This document shows, piece after piece, positions 13,601 to 41,738 of a DNA stretch of 64,000 nt. Below the pieces are notes generated by a model. That model ran no database searches, was not told the origin of the DNA, and was given only the letters and a program-made list of their open reading frames with translations. The translations under genes were made by a program, and so were the position numbers. Origin of the DNA: Owenia fusiformis (lineage: Eukaryota); assembly GCA_903813345.2 (NCBI GenBank), contig CAIIXF020000001.1, positions 12,214,001-12,278,000 of the forward strand, read 5' to 3'. Each line of letters begins with the position of its first letter. The stretch's first letter is position 1.

Positions 13601-16013
13601 AAAAATATCATTTTCATCATATGAGGACAATTAAAAATGTACATAATTAATTCACACGTTCAACAATATTAATACCAAAAAATTGAAATTATACATAATG
13701 AAACAGGGAGCACAATTAGCATTCTTCTTAACAGGCTCTTATTTCAAATTGAAATACTGTACTCCCACTAATATTTGAAGCAATTATTTTTCGCTTTTTT
13801 GGCATTTTGAAATTTAGTGGCTATTATACTTCGCTAATTTTTAGTTTTTTTAATTTCGCAGCTATTAATTTCTGCAGATTTGTCATACAGGATCACTCTT
13901 TTGACTTTCATATCAGCCATGGTTGTTCCTTCACCCAATTATTTTGGCATCTTATTAAGCCTCTATTCTAATTTCTCTTTTTTAAACTCAAAATGTCATG
14001 TTTTTACCTATTATCGCCAAGCACTGGACGAAAATACATGTATTGTCAACATTGAAATCCCCAGGAATTTACTTTGAATTTCGGGACTGTCAAATTTCGC
14101 GAATTAAAACTGGAATTTCGCGGCTATTATATTTCACGAATTTTCCAAAACTTTTGTAAATCATATGTAAACATTTACATACCCTTTTTTATCTGTACTG
14201 GACTTATTTGACTGTTTTACATCTTTTTCTGATTTAGAAATGTTTTTTTCCTTGCTGTTTGCTTGAGATTTCTTTTCATCAATAGGGCTGTTTGTTTTTG
14301 TTTTTGTCTCTTTCTTTCGTTTTTCAGTCTTCTCAACACTGGCTACTTTGGATGTATTTTTCTTTTTTGTTTGGTCCTTTTTTGTTACTTTAGCAGAAGT
14401 TTCTTCCTGTTCATCATCACTAGCATCGCTGCCATCTATACCTTCTTTCATGAAGTCATCCCAAGACATGTCACCGAGGTCTCTAAACAATACAAAGCAA
14501 AGCATGAGTACCACTGCCTCATACAAATGGCTGCATAATAAATGTAAATAAAGTTCATCAATTACATTAATTATTTAATAGACTTAATGTGATAAACAAT
14601 TTTGATGAAATGTTCATTTGTCGAAACTGATTTTAATTGGCTTTCAAACCAAGGTACATTTTTGCACCATGTACAGAGTGAGTTATACTTGATTCATTCT
14701 TCCTTCAGCAATTACAGTATATTAGATTCATCATGGAATCATGATTCCTTCAGCAATTACCAACATAGACAAATACAGTTTGGGCAATCAACCCTACATT
14801 TATGGGGGTAATTGATATGGACTTTATGATATGTGGAACTGGTTGGACAGAAGGGCTGGGAAAGTGTTTTACATAATCTAACCTAAAAGAGTTTCTTGTC
14901 CCAAAGTTTAAAACATGAAATGACAAATATCCAAATCATCAAACAGAAACGTAAAATAACAACATTGGGACGAACTTACCATAGGGAGTAGGTCACCCCC
15001 CTCCATCTTTATTAGGCTATAGAAATAATTTAATACTATAGCGCAATAAATATGGGGGGTGGCTTACTCACAGGGAGTTAACCCCCCAAGTTCATTATGC
15101 TATAGATATACGCTATTGAAAATACTTTCTATAGCATTGTGAGGGGGAGGGTGACTTACTCCCCACTGAATTTACTTGTCTACAGTCTTCCAAACAATTT
15201 TTTGACAACTATGAATCTAAAAAATAAGCAATCGAAGGACCATGTTGACAGCAACTGCATGGACAAATATGAGAGCCATACTACCAAACAAACCATAATA
15301 TTACAAAAGGTCTTACTTTTTTCTTCATACACTGTTGCAATATGATCCTTCGATTGCTTATTATTTAGATTCAAAGTTGCCAAAAAATTGTTTGGAAGAC
15401 TGAAGGGCAAAGGGGTATAACGTTGACACCCTTTTGGCGAAACGTCGACAATTTGACACCTTCTTGTTTATTTTCTCTAATTTCCATTCGAGGGGAAGCC
15501 ATGTTTTTTTCAAATGGATTGAGATCTCGTGAGATTTTATTTTCCATTAAATTCTAATAAGTGACGAAGTTAACCCATTTTTCATGTCGGCATTACCACA
15601 CACATCGACGTTACACCCCTTTGCCCTAAAAGAGGTAGATCGGATTTGAAAAAAAGAAAAAGAATATTGACAAAAAACAAAGAGTAAACCCAAGACTTTT
15701 GTCGAAACGATAATTAAAAGGGTGATAAGTATAGCATTTAAGTCATCTCAAATAAACGATTTGACTGTCTGGCTTGTGCAAAACACTGAATCAAAGATAC
15801 ACGTGAAATGTTCACTCTATTATCGCCCACATAATATTTCTAACTGTACTTTGATCGAGTATTAGTCAAGTTTTAGTCAAAGTATATTTCATAGCTTAAC
15901 CTTATCATGAAATTCACAAGCTGCTTAAAGTTAAACATGAAAATAATTGGAATAAATGTGCATATAAGAGGTGAAAAGTAATAAAATCTAGGATCTTACT
16001 TTTTTGTAGGCAT
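4517..16013 (-). CDS. NOC2L: Nucleolar complex protein 2 homolog (NOC2L/Noc2p), 15 coding exons; 3' end either at TAA 4517-4519 or spliced further left
   Basis: All exons are GT-AG bounded with consistent phases. Peptides match NOC2L motifs: [103 protein letters not shown]. Confidence 0.96.
5007..5120 (-). CDS. NOC2L: NOC2L exon 14
   Basis: [38 protein letters not shown]|gtaagt. Confidence 0.93.
5563..5706 (-). CDS. NOC2L: NOC2L exon 13
   Basis: [19 protein letters not shown]...RDLRAM|gtatgt. Confidence 0.93.
6065..6510. repeat. 89-bp tandem repeat (5 copies) derived from the NOC2L exon 12 3' end plus donor
   Basis: Unit starts at 6065, 6154, 6243, 6332 and 6421; the last copy is the real exon/intron junction. 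Confidence 0.95.
6452..6667 (-). CDS. NOC2L: NOC2L exon 12
   Basis: VFEMTNFNK...[16 protein letters not shown]|gttagt. Confidence 0.94.
6999..7110 (-). CDS. NOC2L: NOC2L exon 11
   Basis: [15 protein letters not shown]...[12 protein letters not shown]|gtaata. Confidence 0.94.
7343..7482 (-). CDS. NOC2L: NOC2L exon 10
   Basis: [18 protein letters not shown]...[16 protein letters not shown]|gtaagt. Confidence 0.94.
7745..7933 (-). CDS. NOC2L: NOC2L exon 9
   Basis: [15 protein letters not shown]...[18 protein letters not shown]|gtaatt. Confidence 0.95.
7947..9653 (+). mobile_element. HINE/pearl-like element family A carrying a ~136-bp core tandem array (~11 copies)
   Basis: 5' AAACAAGG start; subterminal ATGTCACCAC inverted relative to 3' GTGGTGACAT; tandem ~136-bp core; (CCAACCG)-like microsatellite at 9549-9598; terminal hairpin TATGTCACCA-cttttgg-TGGTGACATA (9624-9650). 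Confidence 0.8.
9796..9909 (-). CDS. NOC2L: NOC2L exon 8
   Basis: [19 protein letters not shown]...LEPMLK|gtaggt. Confidence 0.93.
10259..10369 (-). CDS. NOC2L: NOC2L exon 7
   Basis: [22 protein letters not shown]...[10 protein letters not shown]|gtgagt. Confidence 0.92.
10663..10835 (-). CDS. NOC2L: NOC2L exon 6
   Basis: [13 protein letters not shown]...[18 protein letters not shown]|gt. Confidence 0.92.
10946..11057 (-). CDS. NOC2L: NOC2L exon 5
   Basis: [18 protein letters not shown]...KYRVDDSS|gtaagt. Confidence 0.9.
11142..12316 (+). mobile_element. Second HINE/pearl-like family with ~130-bp core repeats and (ACGG)n microsatellite
   Basis: AAACAAGA start; repeated AAATATGAACAAAATCGCTCC / AAAATGGCCGCC cores; GGACGGACGGAC at ~12238-12272; imperfect 3' hairpin ending GGGATAATAA. 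Confidence 0.75.
12359..12556. mobile_element. MITE with CAGGCC(T/C)GTAG TIRs and 5-bp TSD ATGTA
   Basis: TIRs at both ends; ATGTA at 12354-12358 and 12557-12561. Confidence 0.8.
12789..12923 (-). CDS. NOC2L: NOC2L exon 4
   Basis: VASDASD...[15 protein letters not shown]|gtaaaa. Confidence 0.9.
13368..13596 (-). CDS. NOC2L: NOC2L exon 3
   Basis: [28 protein letters not shown]...HQLPDKLE|gttagt. Confidence 0.93.
14183..14482 (-). CDS. NOC2L: NOC2L exon 2
   Basis: tttag|A GAC CTC...[14 protein letters not shown]...STDKKG|gtatgt. Confidence 0.85.
15183..15402. mobile_element. Tc1/mariner-type MITE with ~65-bp TIRs
   Basis: CAGTCTTCCAAACAATTTTTTG... and its reverse complement ...CAAAAAATTGTTTGGAAGACTG; TA on the left flank. 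Confidence 0.75.
15404..15627. mobile_element. MITE with AGGGCAAAGGGGT(A/G)TAACGT TIRs (PIF/Harbinger-like?)
   Basis: ~22-bp terminal inverted repeats; abuts the previous MITE. Confidence 0.7.
16000..16013 (-). CDS. NOC2L: NOC2L coding exon 1 (MPTKK, phase 2)
   Basis: ATG CCT ACA AAA AA|gtaag joins in frame to exon 2, giving [15 protein letters not shown]. Confidence 0.75.
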
Positions 16014-16135
16014 TTTTCCGAAGTCTCGCTCAAACTCTCGCTAAACTGCGCGAGAACAGAAAATTGTCGCCATTTTCGACAAATTTTTTATTTTTTTCAT
16101 AAACAATCAAAATAGGGTGTTAAAACAGCTACATA
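16014..16135. promoter_or_regulatory. Bidirectional promoter/5'UTR region shared by NOC2L and MIB1
   Basis: 122 nt between divergent ATGs; locally CpG-rich with TCTCGC/GCGAGA half-sites and a YY1-like CGCCATTTT (16068-16076). Confidence 0.7.
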
Positions 16136-31699
<15,564 letters not shown>

Positions 31700-32355
31700 G
31701 TAAGTAGAAAGATTTAACTTATTTATGTGTTGAGGCCAAAAACTCATGCTGTTTACATTGATGTTCCTGTTTTATCTCCAGGCCAGGAGGTGTTCAAAAT
31801 GTGGATATAAGCAATAAAAATTCGAACCAAGGTGTCCAAAATTTGGACCACAGTGTTCCAATTTGGACCAAGGTGTTCACAATTTGAAGGAAGGTGTTCA
31901 ACATGTATCTCCTATTATCACTCCTTTCCAAATATAGGAGCCATCTTGTCTATATTCCTTTATGAAGGACTGAGCTAAGTTTGGAGGAATGGAAGCCCAA
32001 TTAGTAATATTTTAGAAGAGTTGACACATCTCAAAATGTGGTCAGAACCTTAACATAATGATATTGAGGGAAGTCAACTTTCAATGATTGACAAATATTC
32101 CCAGGAAGAGGTGTATGCAACAGATCTGCATTAATGCTAAACTGGAATCTTGGACACATGTTATTTGGCATACATTGTTTTTAGCATTTAGGATTTGCAT
32201 GGTTTCATGTTACTGGGATATGTAATTTAAGACAAGATGTCACAATGATCGAATGTGAGAGACAGCCTCTTAAGTTCAATATGTTTCATTAAGGAAATGT
32301 GTTTTTCTAATTCTTATTGGACACATATAGAATTTGTCCAATTAGGTTAATGATA

Positions 32356-32520
32356 CAGTAAAAGCTGCCTAACCTGAACGCCACTATGACTGATCAGAAG
32401 TATTCAGATTAGCAGGTGTTCACGGTTCAAGGTTTCTTAATATGTGATTCAATGGGAGAAGGTGAGGAACAATGAGAGATGTTCAGATTAGAGAGGTGTT
32501 CGGATATACAGGTTTTAATG
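32356..32520. mobile_element. Degenerate Tc1/mariner (Tigger-like) MITE
   Basis: TA-CAGTAAAAGCTG...CTGAAC and GTTCGG...CAGGTTTTAATG-TA imperfect TIRs. Confidence 0.5.
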
Positions 32521-35500
32521 TACAGCTTTCAGTTAGGGGGATGCGATCACCAATTTTTTTTTGATTTTCAAGTCAGGGGGTGCAATCATGACAAAAGCAA
32601 GGTAAAATTTAAGATTTGTTTTGAATTTTACAAACACCCATATCAAGTAATTGATTTTTTTAAGATTACCAGCACACTAATTTTTGATAATGTTTTTGCC
32701 TTTTTTGACCAAGATTTTCATATCTCCTTACAATTATTAAATTACCCCATCATGTTAGAGTTGGTGTCTGGCAGTTGGTAAAATAGATGAATATGTTTTT
32801 ACAATGGAAAATTACCAGCAGAATCCCAGATTGCTTATGGATCTGCCTCCAAAAGTTTCAACATAAACATTTTTAACAAGCTTGTACATACTGTGTGTCT
32901 ACATCAACTTGACCCTTGAACAAACAAAGGAGAAACAAGAACTATTATTTTAGGCATGATTTGTTTAAAATTACATGTATATGTGGATATTAAAAGTCTG
33001 AACACCAGAAGAAAATAGCTCTTTCTGACATCATGAAGTGATAAATAGCATCCATGTATATGTAGCCATGTAGTGTATTGTGCAATGTTATACAGCATAT
33101 ACTCACACTGGTGATTGTGAAATATCACTTTAGAATTCGTTATTCCTATTTCTTACATTTCTTCTGTAATATCATACTCACAGTAACCAAAGATCAACTC
33201 TTTCAAATTCAAAAAATATTTCGTCATAACTGAAACAAAAAATGACTGTGAGGCAGGAGATGGGGACAGGGGGAAGACCCATGGTGCATACAATAAGACT
33301 TCCTAAATTACATTAATTAGGCCCTTTTTAATTAAGCATTAGTGTAAAAGTATGTATAAACTATATGAGCTTGTAGAGTTGTGGTAAAGGTTTCATAAAG
33401 TTCATGACCCCAGACTGATTTACTCCCATTTCTTCATCCTGCAGGCCCTTTCGAAACATAGCATCTCAGTAAGGCATCTTACACCTACACCCTATGAACA
33501 CAGAAAGTTCTTGAAAAACTTTCATCAGTACCTGACCATTGTGCATAGATCGAAAAAATAGTTGTGAGCTGTATGTTACTTGTTACTAGCCGGTGAAAGG
33601 TTTTTGGTTCAAGTTACATGTTTGCAGCAACAAGGTTTGGTTTATATATCAAGAAGGCTGTCTGAATTCCTATGCAATTGTACTTTGGTATTATTAGCTC
33701 AGATTTTTGGTTTGTTCATAGCTATGCACTAATACTTGTTACTGCAGTTTCTGGCCTCTGTTGAGCTATTCATTATAACTTAATAGGGTGGGGGGAGCCA
33801 AGACAACCTGAAAATATAAAGACTGTTTTCATATCAGAAAATGATGTTGAAATTAACAGACTGGATATTTGTTGAAATGGCTTCTTCTGTTTTATTTCCA
33901 GTCTCACTTCCAAGAAGTTTAATGTGTTTTTTTAATAACATGGGGCATGGACTTTATATTTCTGCATTTAACATCACCTATACATTTAAGAATATTTAAT
34001 CTAACTCTTTATGATAGTCAGTATGTTTTTAAGTATTTCCCCCTCTCAGAAGTGTTTCCACTAAAATTTGTTGAAAGGGACCAAGAATGTTTGGCCAGAG
34101 AAACCTTTGCAACATAATACATACCAGTCCCTCTAATGAGATCACCAATGCTTTCTGTACCATTGTGAATAGAATGCCATGCGGGTCAAGTTTTACAATT
34201 CAAAATAGATAAGAATAAAGTGGTAAGATCTAAATGAAGTAGACACCCATCTATAGATACTCCATTAATTGTGTAAAAATGCCATCTACTGGACAGCTTA
34301 TGCAAATTACAATGTGTGTGGAAACATTTGGAAATGGACTGGTCTTCCAATTAGCTGATTGGTTTAAAAAGGCAGTGCTTTCTATAATGTAGGAAAGATT
34401 GGGTTTATTTATAGTCCAGCCATAGCACTGTCTGCATTCTTGCTGTTATGTTGCAGGTCCATGTTAAGGGGCATTGGAATCAATAACCAATGGATTAACA
34501 TTTAATAGGGAATAGATTAAGAATCAATAGCCAATATATTAACATTTAATAGGGAATAGATTAAGAATCAATAGCCAATAGATTACCAATGAATAGATTG
34601 AAGAATTTCATATAGTTTCATATAGATATGCAGTATCATGTTTATATTCAGTTTTTATAAACCTTTTCAAAGGTATATTGTCATTGTCTGGTGCTGATGG
34701 GAAGTCTGCATCTGGGTGAGGGGATGCCACATAAATCTTGTCATCAAAATTCAAGGAAAACTTGATCTGTTCAATTTAAAATTTTCACAGATTCAAGAGT
34801 AGGGAAGTGTCAACATTTTAGGTATTGCTTACTTGGTGGCCATATTGAATTTTTCAATAAAACAGTGTGATATTGTTCTGAAATATTTCAATTAGATATA
34901 TTTTTTTCAAATACTAGTGTTGTGCTCTGAATCCACAAATGAATTATCAGTCCTATTTTCGGTTAATTTTAAAACTAGTAAACTTAAGCTCAAGATTTCA
35001 TGATATGATTTTTAATGATATGATCCATATGTTTTTCAGGAATAGAAATGTTTAAATATATGTATTGGGGTAGCATGGGTTAAGTTGAAACCAACATGAA
35101 TTCCCGCTCTTACTCTTAAGTAGTGAAATTGAAACTTTGTTTGGTATGGTAACATTAGAAGTGGTGACATTTCAACTCCACATTGGGTCCCCTCAAGGCA
35201 GGCTATCTCACCAAAGATTAGTGAGACCTACAGTATAACCATTCCTAGTTGACACATCCTTTAACAGAGAAAAAATAATAAATGTCTGCAATGTTTTATG
35301 TCTTATTTAAACATTTAAACTGTGATGACTCCTTAAAAACCAGATGTCTGATTAGATACATGTCTTATTCCAAAAATGCAGAGTGAAATGGTTGAGCAAT
35401 AAAATACATGTTAAGAGACTGAATTAAACTGTATATATAGAGTGGAACTGCAAATATTGAACTCTTTTAGTATAGTTACAATTGGCATGACTGGACCTAT

Positions 35501-35869
35501 TAAGCAGAGATAGTAACCTATAAAAACTCCCATAGTTTGATAAATAAGAATTTACATTCAGAAAACAAAACAAAAATATGTCAGTGTTGTTTTAAATGTC
35601 TCAGGTTTCAAGATTAAAGATAAGGAACGATTATTTGGCAGACCATATGTGACTTTGTAATACAGTTTTTCTTGAACATTCACAAAATGATAGAAAATCA
35701 GATAGTTGATGATGAAGAAGGATCATCTTTAAAAACAATGTCATCTTTGTTTATAATACACTAGTCATTTTGTATCATATTTCTAGTAATGTATCCACAC
35801 AATATGTGAATTGATTTGAGATACTAAAAATCTTCAATCCTGAATTTTCATGTCCTATATTGTGCAATG

Positions 35870-37232
35870 TAGACTGAATATCAGAACACACTTTTTCACA
35901 TTTTAGACTCACCAACCCACAAAACATTGATATATGTAGGCTGAATATGTGAATACACTTTTTCGCACTTCAGACTCCCCTATCATTAAAACTTTGATAT
36001 ATGTAGGCTGATTATCAGAATATACTTTTTCACACTCAAGACTCCCCTACTCTCACAACATGTGATGGATGTATGCTGAATATCAGAATCCTGGGATCAG
36101 AATACACTTTTTTACACAAAGACTCCCTTACTCTCACAACATGTGATGGATGTAGGCTGAATATCAGCATCCCGGGATCAGAATACACTTTTTCACACTG
36201 AAGACTCCCCTACTCTCACAGCATGTGATGGATGTATGCTGAATATCAGAATCCTGGGATCAGAATACACTTTTTTACACAAAGACTCCCTTACTCTCAC
36301 AACATGTGATGGATGTAGGCTGAATATCAGCATCCCGGGATCAGAATACACTTTTTCACACTGAAGACTCCCCTACTCTCACAACATATGATGGATGTAG
36401 GCTGAGTATCAGAATCCCAGGATCAGAATACACTTTTTCACACTTTAGACTCCCCTACTCTCACAACATGTGATGGATGTAGGCTGAATATCAGAATCCC
36501 GGGATCAGAATATACTTTTTCACACTTTAGACTCCCCTACTCTTACAACATGTGATGGATGTAGGCTGAATATCAGAATCCCGGGATCAGAATATACTTT
36601 TTCACACTCAAGACTCCGCTACTCTCACAACATGTGATGGATGTAGGCTGAATATCAGAATCCCGGGATCAAAATATACTTTTTTACACAAAGACTCCCC
36701 TACTCTCACAACATGTGATGGATGTAGGCTGAATATCAGAATCCCAGGATCAGAATACACTTTTTCACACTCAAGACTCTCCTACTCTCACAACATGTGA
36801 TGGATGTAGGCTGAATATCAGAATCCCGGGATCAGAATACAATTTTTCACACTCAAGACTCTATTACTCTCACAACATTTGATGGATGTATGCTGAATAT
36901 CAGAATCCCGGGATCAGAATACAATTTTTCACACTCAAGACTCTATTACTCTCACAACATGTGATAGATGTAGGCTGAATATCAGAATCCCGGGATCAGA
37001 ATACACTTTTTCACACTCAAGACTCCCCTACTTTCAAAACATGTGATGGATGTAGGCTGAATATCAGAATCCGGGATCCAAATATACTTTTTCACACTTC
37101 AGACTCCCCTACTCTCACAACATGTGATGGATATAGGCTGAATATCAGAATCCCGGGATCGGAATACAATTTTTCACACTCAAGACTCCCCTACTCTCAC
37201 AACATGTGATGGATGTAGGCTGAATATCAGAA
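35870..37232. repeat. ~82-bp minisatellite (~14-15 copies, with degenerate shorter precursors at the 5' end)
   Basis: Unit GAATACACTTTTTCACACTCAAGACTCCCCTACTCTCACAACATGTGATGGATGTAGGCTGAATATCAGAATCCCGGGATCA. Confidence 0.95.
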
Positions 37233-39467
37233 TAATCAATTTCTAGCAATAGTTGGCTCTAACCTTATTAAGATGGATTAGTATGAGGCTATTCCGAGGC
37301 AGACAGTCTTAATCCACAGTTTAGCTTTATGTGACTAATCACTTTCATTGTGACAAGTCAGCAAAATATATTCAGCAATTTTTAGGGTCATATGATGCTA
37401 CATGATTAAGATATTTAAGGGGGTCCCTTTGGGGATTGTACCAATAGACAAGTAAATAGTATATTTGATAGAAAAATATGATAATTAAAAAACAATTAAA
37501 AAACCCAATAACAGTAAAAAAAATGTCAATAAATGTAACAAAAGTAGAATTCAACCATGGGATATAAAGAGTATTCATCCCATTCTTGCTTATATCTTCT
37601 TCTGAAAATATGTAGATGGGGCAATGACATAATGCATTTTATTTGCACCAGGAAGTATCAAACTCAGAATGAATGAGTTATACAAGTTATACAAACTCCA
37701 TCTTGATCTGAAAAAGTGAAAATTGAAACACCCTAATTTAAGAATCCTGTTCAAGCCTACATTACTTAAGTTGAAAGAAGTAACAGATCATGTCAGTTTA
37801 AACCCTCATCTCTGAAAATTACATTTCGCATTCCCAAGGACTCCAATTAGTTACAATTTTCGATTAACAATTGATATTGTTCCATTCCTGTAACGTTATT
37901 GGCTCATATTGCTTCTCTGTTTGTCCCTATAGTAGTGTGTCCAAGGCCATTTCATACTACACCCTTGTCGCAGGGAATTGAGGCCTTCATTTACAGAGCA
38001 ATAACTTTATATTGCTGTAGTAGAATATTCATTGTATAATTTGTCTGCTTTCATTGATAGTAATATTTTTTATTTGCACGTTTGTGGTTTGATAAACCCA
38101 CATATGACTTATTCATTCATGGTTTTTGTGTTGAAAGGCACAAGTGCCGTGACATCCCGGATTTCTTTATGTATGCTAAGATAATTTGATTTCGAGATAA
38201 TTCTATTGAGGTTGGAGTTTCTTGTTCGGGGTATTTCATTTCACTCAGTTTGGCTGGAAGCTGAATTGCCATAATTTGCTACTTACAGCATATAACTTAC
38301 AGAGTTTAATAAATGACATGGTATTTGGCTTTATCCATTTGTGGAAGCCCAATTGTTATAGGTTACCCAAGTATTCTGACTCTAAGCCAACTGTTCTGAC
38401 TTGATTCAAGTATGTTTGGTTTATTTCATCACATTACTTGATATGCATTCTTACATCACATTTTGTGTTTTTAAACTTTCAATTTTTAGAAAGGAACTGA
38501 TTAACTTCTGTTCTCGTATGATGATATTTTGGTTTTCAGTTGCCAATTGATTTCATATTTCTTCAAATGATGACTGCTGAAATTCATATTATATAAACAC
38601 TTAATAAACATTAATTTATCGTTGGCTCCAGATTCAAAATGTGTCCTATTTTTAGGCATGAGGGGGTGAGATTGTTGGGGGTAGAGTTGTTAAAATTGGG
38701 ATTAATTTTGCCTGCATTATTGAAGCATACGCATGCATGATTGAATAGCACTCATTATTACTAAATGCCAAGACAAGGTCTTGTGATAACATGAGAAATA
38801 TAGTAAAGGAAATACAATTACAATATCGCTAAATAGTAAAAATGTCAGACATGCTTAATATAATAAAAGAGTCTGGTTTAAGTCTGACTAGAATGACATT
38901 TGACGTGCTAGAGCAGTGTTCAGCTGGCCTGTGGTACTATATTAGTCACTTATTGATTCTTTCTATGTTATAAGTCCCACTAGTTCTGTAACATCCACTC
39001 TTGTGCCCAATATATAATGCAATTCATTAACTGCTACAAGTTATTCAATTCATGTTTTAGGTCTGTCCAGTCTCGGACTTTGTGATGGCATGAGGATTTG
39101 TTATTTATGATGTATTTGATAGCAATAGACAACAAGAATTCTCTCGGGTATCCTTCAAGATCGGGCATCACTGCCCCAGCTCATGGAATAAATTGAACCC
39201 TTGGACCAAGGATGCTCTGAGTCTGTTCTTATTGAATAAATTTACTGCTGTTTGATGCATTGTTGGAACAAAATGTTTCGGTTGTTTTCAGACCAATAGG
39301 GACTTAAAGTCAGACTCTTCAGGGGTGTCAGACCATATTTAAAAAAGGGAGTGTGTTTTTCCTAGAAAACTGATTATGTGGCATAAGGCTGTGCATCTGG
39401 GGGATCATGTGCATGCTCCCCTGGGAATTTTTTTTTGAAATATGTTAGACATCATTTGGTGCAATCT

Positions 39468-39606
39468 CAGGGGCGGATCTGGGAACCAACAAGGGGGTGG
39501 GCCCAAATTTCAGATCAGAGAAAAAAACTTCCGCGAAAAAAAATTTGGGCCCCTAAAACCCCAAAGTGGACCCAAATTTTGAAAGACCCCCCTAGATCCG
39601 CCAATG
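39468..39606. mobile_element. MITE with CAGGGGCGGATCT/AGATCCGCCAATG TIRs and 5-bp TSD AATCT, nested in an older repeat
   Basis: AATCT at 39463-39467 and 39607-39611; a degenerate relative lies at ~49116-49270. Confidence 0.75.
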
Positions 39607-39829
39607 AATCTGCATTTTTAAGGACTATAGATAGTTCTTTTCTGATGAAAAACAGCATATTTTGTAGTGTCACAGAAATCTTGTCTCAAATCATTGTCTG
39701 TTAGGTGTTGCTGTTAGGTGTAGTTAAAGGAATATACTCATTTAAAGGTATCACTGTCTTCATATCAATTCTTTGGTTTATAAAGTCAAAAACTACTGTA
39801 ATTATGTCAGTTGTAATACTCAGAGACAT

Positions 39830-40530
39830 AAAAGCAAAGCTCACTGTCATTGTGTCAAGACTAATAGAGAAATATAAGTCAAAGCTCACTGTCATTGTGT
39901 CAAGACTAATAGAGATATGAAAGTCATGTTATTGTGTCAAGACTAATAAAGAAGTACAAGTCAAAGCTCACTGTTATTGTGTCAAGGCTAATAGAGAAAT
40001 ATAAGTCATGTCATTGTTGTGTCAAGACAAATAGAGAAATATAAGTCAAAAATCACTGTCATTGTGTCAAGACTAATAGAGAAATATAGGTCAAAAATCA
40101 CTGTCATTGTGTCAAGACTAATAGAGAAATATAAGTCAAAGCTCACTGTCATTGTGTCAAGACTAATAGAGAAATATAAGTCAAAGCTCACTGTCATTGT
40201 GTCAAGACTAATAGAGAAATATAAGTCAAAGCTCACTGTCATTGTGACAAGGCTAATAGAGAAATACAAGTCAAAGCTCATTGTCATTGTGTCAAGACTA
40301 ATAAAGAAATAAAGGCAAAGCTCACTGTCATTGTGTCAAGGCTAATAGAGAAATATAAGTCTAAGCTCACTGTCATTGTGTTAAGGCTAATGGTTACAAA
40401 GTTGAAGTCCATTGCTATTGTATCAAGGCTTATGGTAACTTCAAGACAACACCCATTATCATTGTGTCAAGACCGATGAATACAACCTCAAGCTCATTGT
40501 CACTGTGTCAATGCTAATGGAGATACAAAG
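39830..40530. repeat. 45-bp minisatellite
   Basis: Unit AAGCTCACTGTCATTGTGTCAAGACTAATAGAGAAATATAAGTCA; gives spurious 15-aa-repeat ORFs. Confidence 0.95.
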
Positions 40531-41659
40531 TTCAACCAAGTTGTTTATTTGCATCTACAATTAGTCAGTTACATATTAAATTATACAGGAAAAATGGAAA
40601 ATGGTTTATAAATACATTGAAATAGCTGGTAAACTTACACCTTACATGATATCGTCCCCTGAGCTTGTGTGCACACCTGGAGTGAAGTGCATCTTTTCAT
40701 TTTCTGTCTCAGCTACCCTCTCTTCCACATCGTGTTTGAGCAGAGTCTCCTGATTAAAGAAAGCACATTGAAGAATAAAATGTTACAAAGAACCCCTTTC
40801 ACTAAACAGCAAAATGGCAAAATGCATTTACTATAAGATGACACGCAGTTATGAACTTAAACATTGGTTCAGGTCAGCTTTCCTGCACATGTATCATATA
40901 TGGCTGCAAATATGACAATAGAGCGTGCTTTAATACAATGGTATGGATTAACAGTATACCAAACATAGCGTTCATACTTTTTGTTGCTCTATTGTTATGT
41001 AAACCATCGCTCATCAAACATGGTAAAGAGTTAGGATGTTGTATCATGAATTAACGAATTTAACTTAAATTTTAGATGAAAACTGTGAAAGCAATAAACA
41101 TGCAAACATTTTGTGTAGATACTCAAATCGTATCTCAGAATCAATTTGAAATGAGAGGAAAACTTTTTGGAAATGTCAGAGATGTACAGACAGCTCGCTC
41201 ATTATTCCCTTTTTGGTCATTTGTAGAGTACCGAATCAGCAATTTCAGGTGTCGACAATGAAGTGATAAACATGGAGTATGAGGGATCATAAATTTCTAA
41301 ATTTTTGTACATCCCCTTATTGAAATCACTCAATATCTTATCCCTTTAAATTTCAATTTGGAAACCACACTGTGCGCTCATTAGAGAGAATACGGTATGT
41401 AAAACCTGTGTAAATGAAACACCTTTGGTACCTCAAAATATTGAGGTGTTCAATTTAAAGAGGTTCATTTTACATTAATGCAATGGGTAGCATGACTTGT
41501 GTTTGAGAGAAAATAAACTGACTCTGTTAGATTTCCTTCTATACTTAATATCACAATACAGAGTATTGTACTGAATGACCATAATGTAGAATTTACTTAC
41601 CTCTACAAAGTTGGCTGTTGAGTTGAGTGCACTGAGTTGAGTTGAGTGTTGAATTGATC

Positions 41660-41738
41660 GTTAGTCACAGCTGGTTGAAGGGGACCAAATGACAATTAAT
41701 ACACAATTTAGCCCATCTTCAACCAACTCCTTTCTAAC
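41660..41738 (-). ncRNA. mir-133: microRNA miR-133 hairpin (mature 3p ~41667-41688; star arm ~41706-41728)
   Basis: Minus strand reads AGTTGGTTGAAGATGGGCTAAAT-TGTG loop-(T)TTGGTCCCCTTCAACCAGCTGT, the canonical miR-133 mature sequence. Basal GTTAG/CTAAC stem, apical UGUG, and CNNC (CAAC) ~16-17 nt downstream. Confidence 0.97.

Noticed and set aside
15420-15503. Alternative NOC2L start (ATG at ~15502, MASPRME...)
   Set aside because: Lies inside a MITE and lacks a compatible donor; the 16013 exon splices in frame with a consensus donor.
34170-34210. GCCATGCGGGTC (AMRV) resembling the start of the next MIB1 exon
   Set aside because: No AG acceptor in the required phase, and the frame diverges and stops within a few codons; coincidence.
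35870-37232. Regular repeat array superficially like CRISPR
   Set aside because: Head-to-tail units with no unique spacers, in eukaryotic intronic DNA; no cas genes.
39701-40312. Repetitive ORFs on both strands (also 47903-48221 and 58964-59350)
   Set aside because: By-products of minisatellites whose unit length is a multiple of 3; no splice context or homology.
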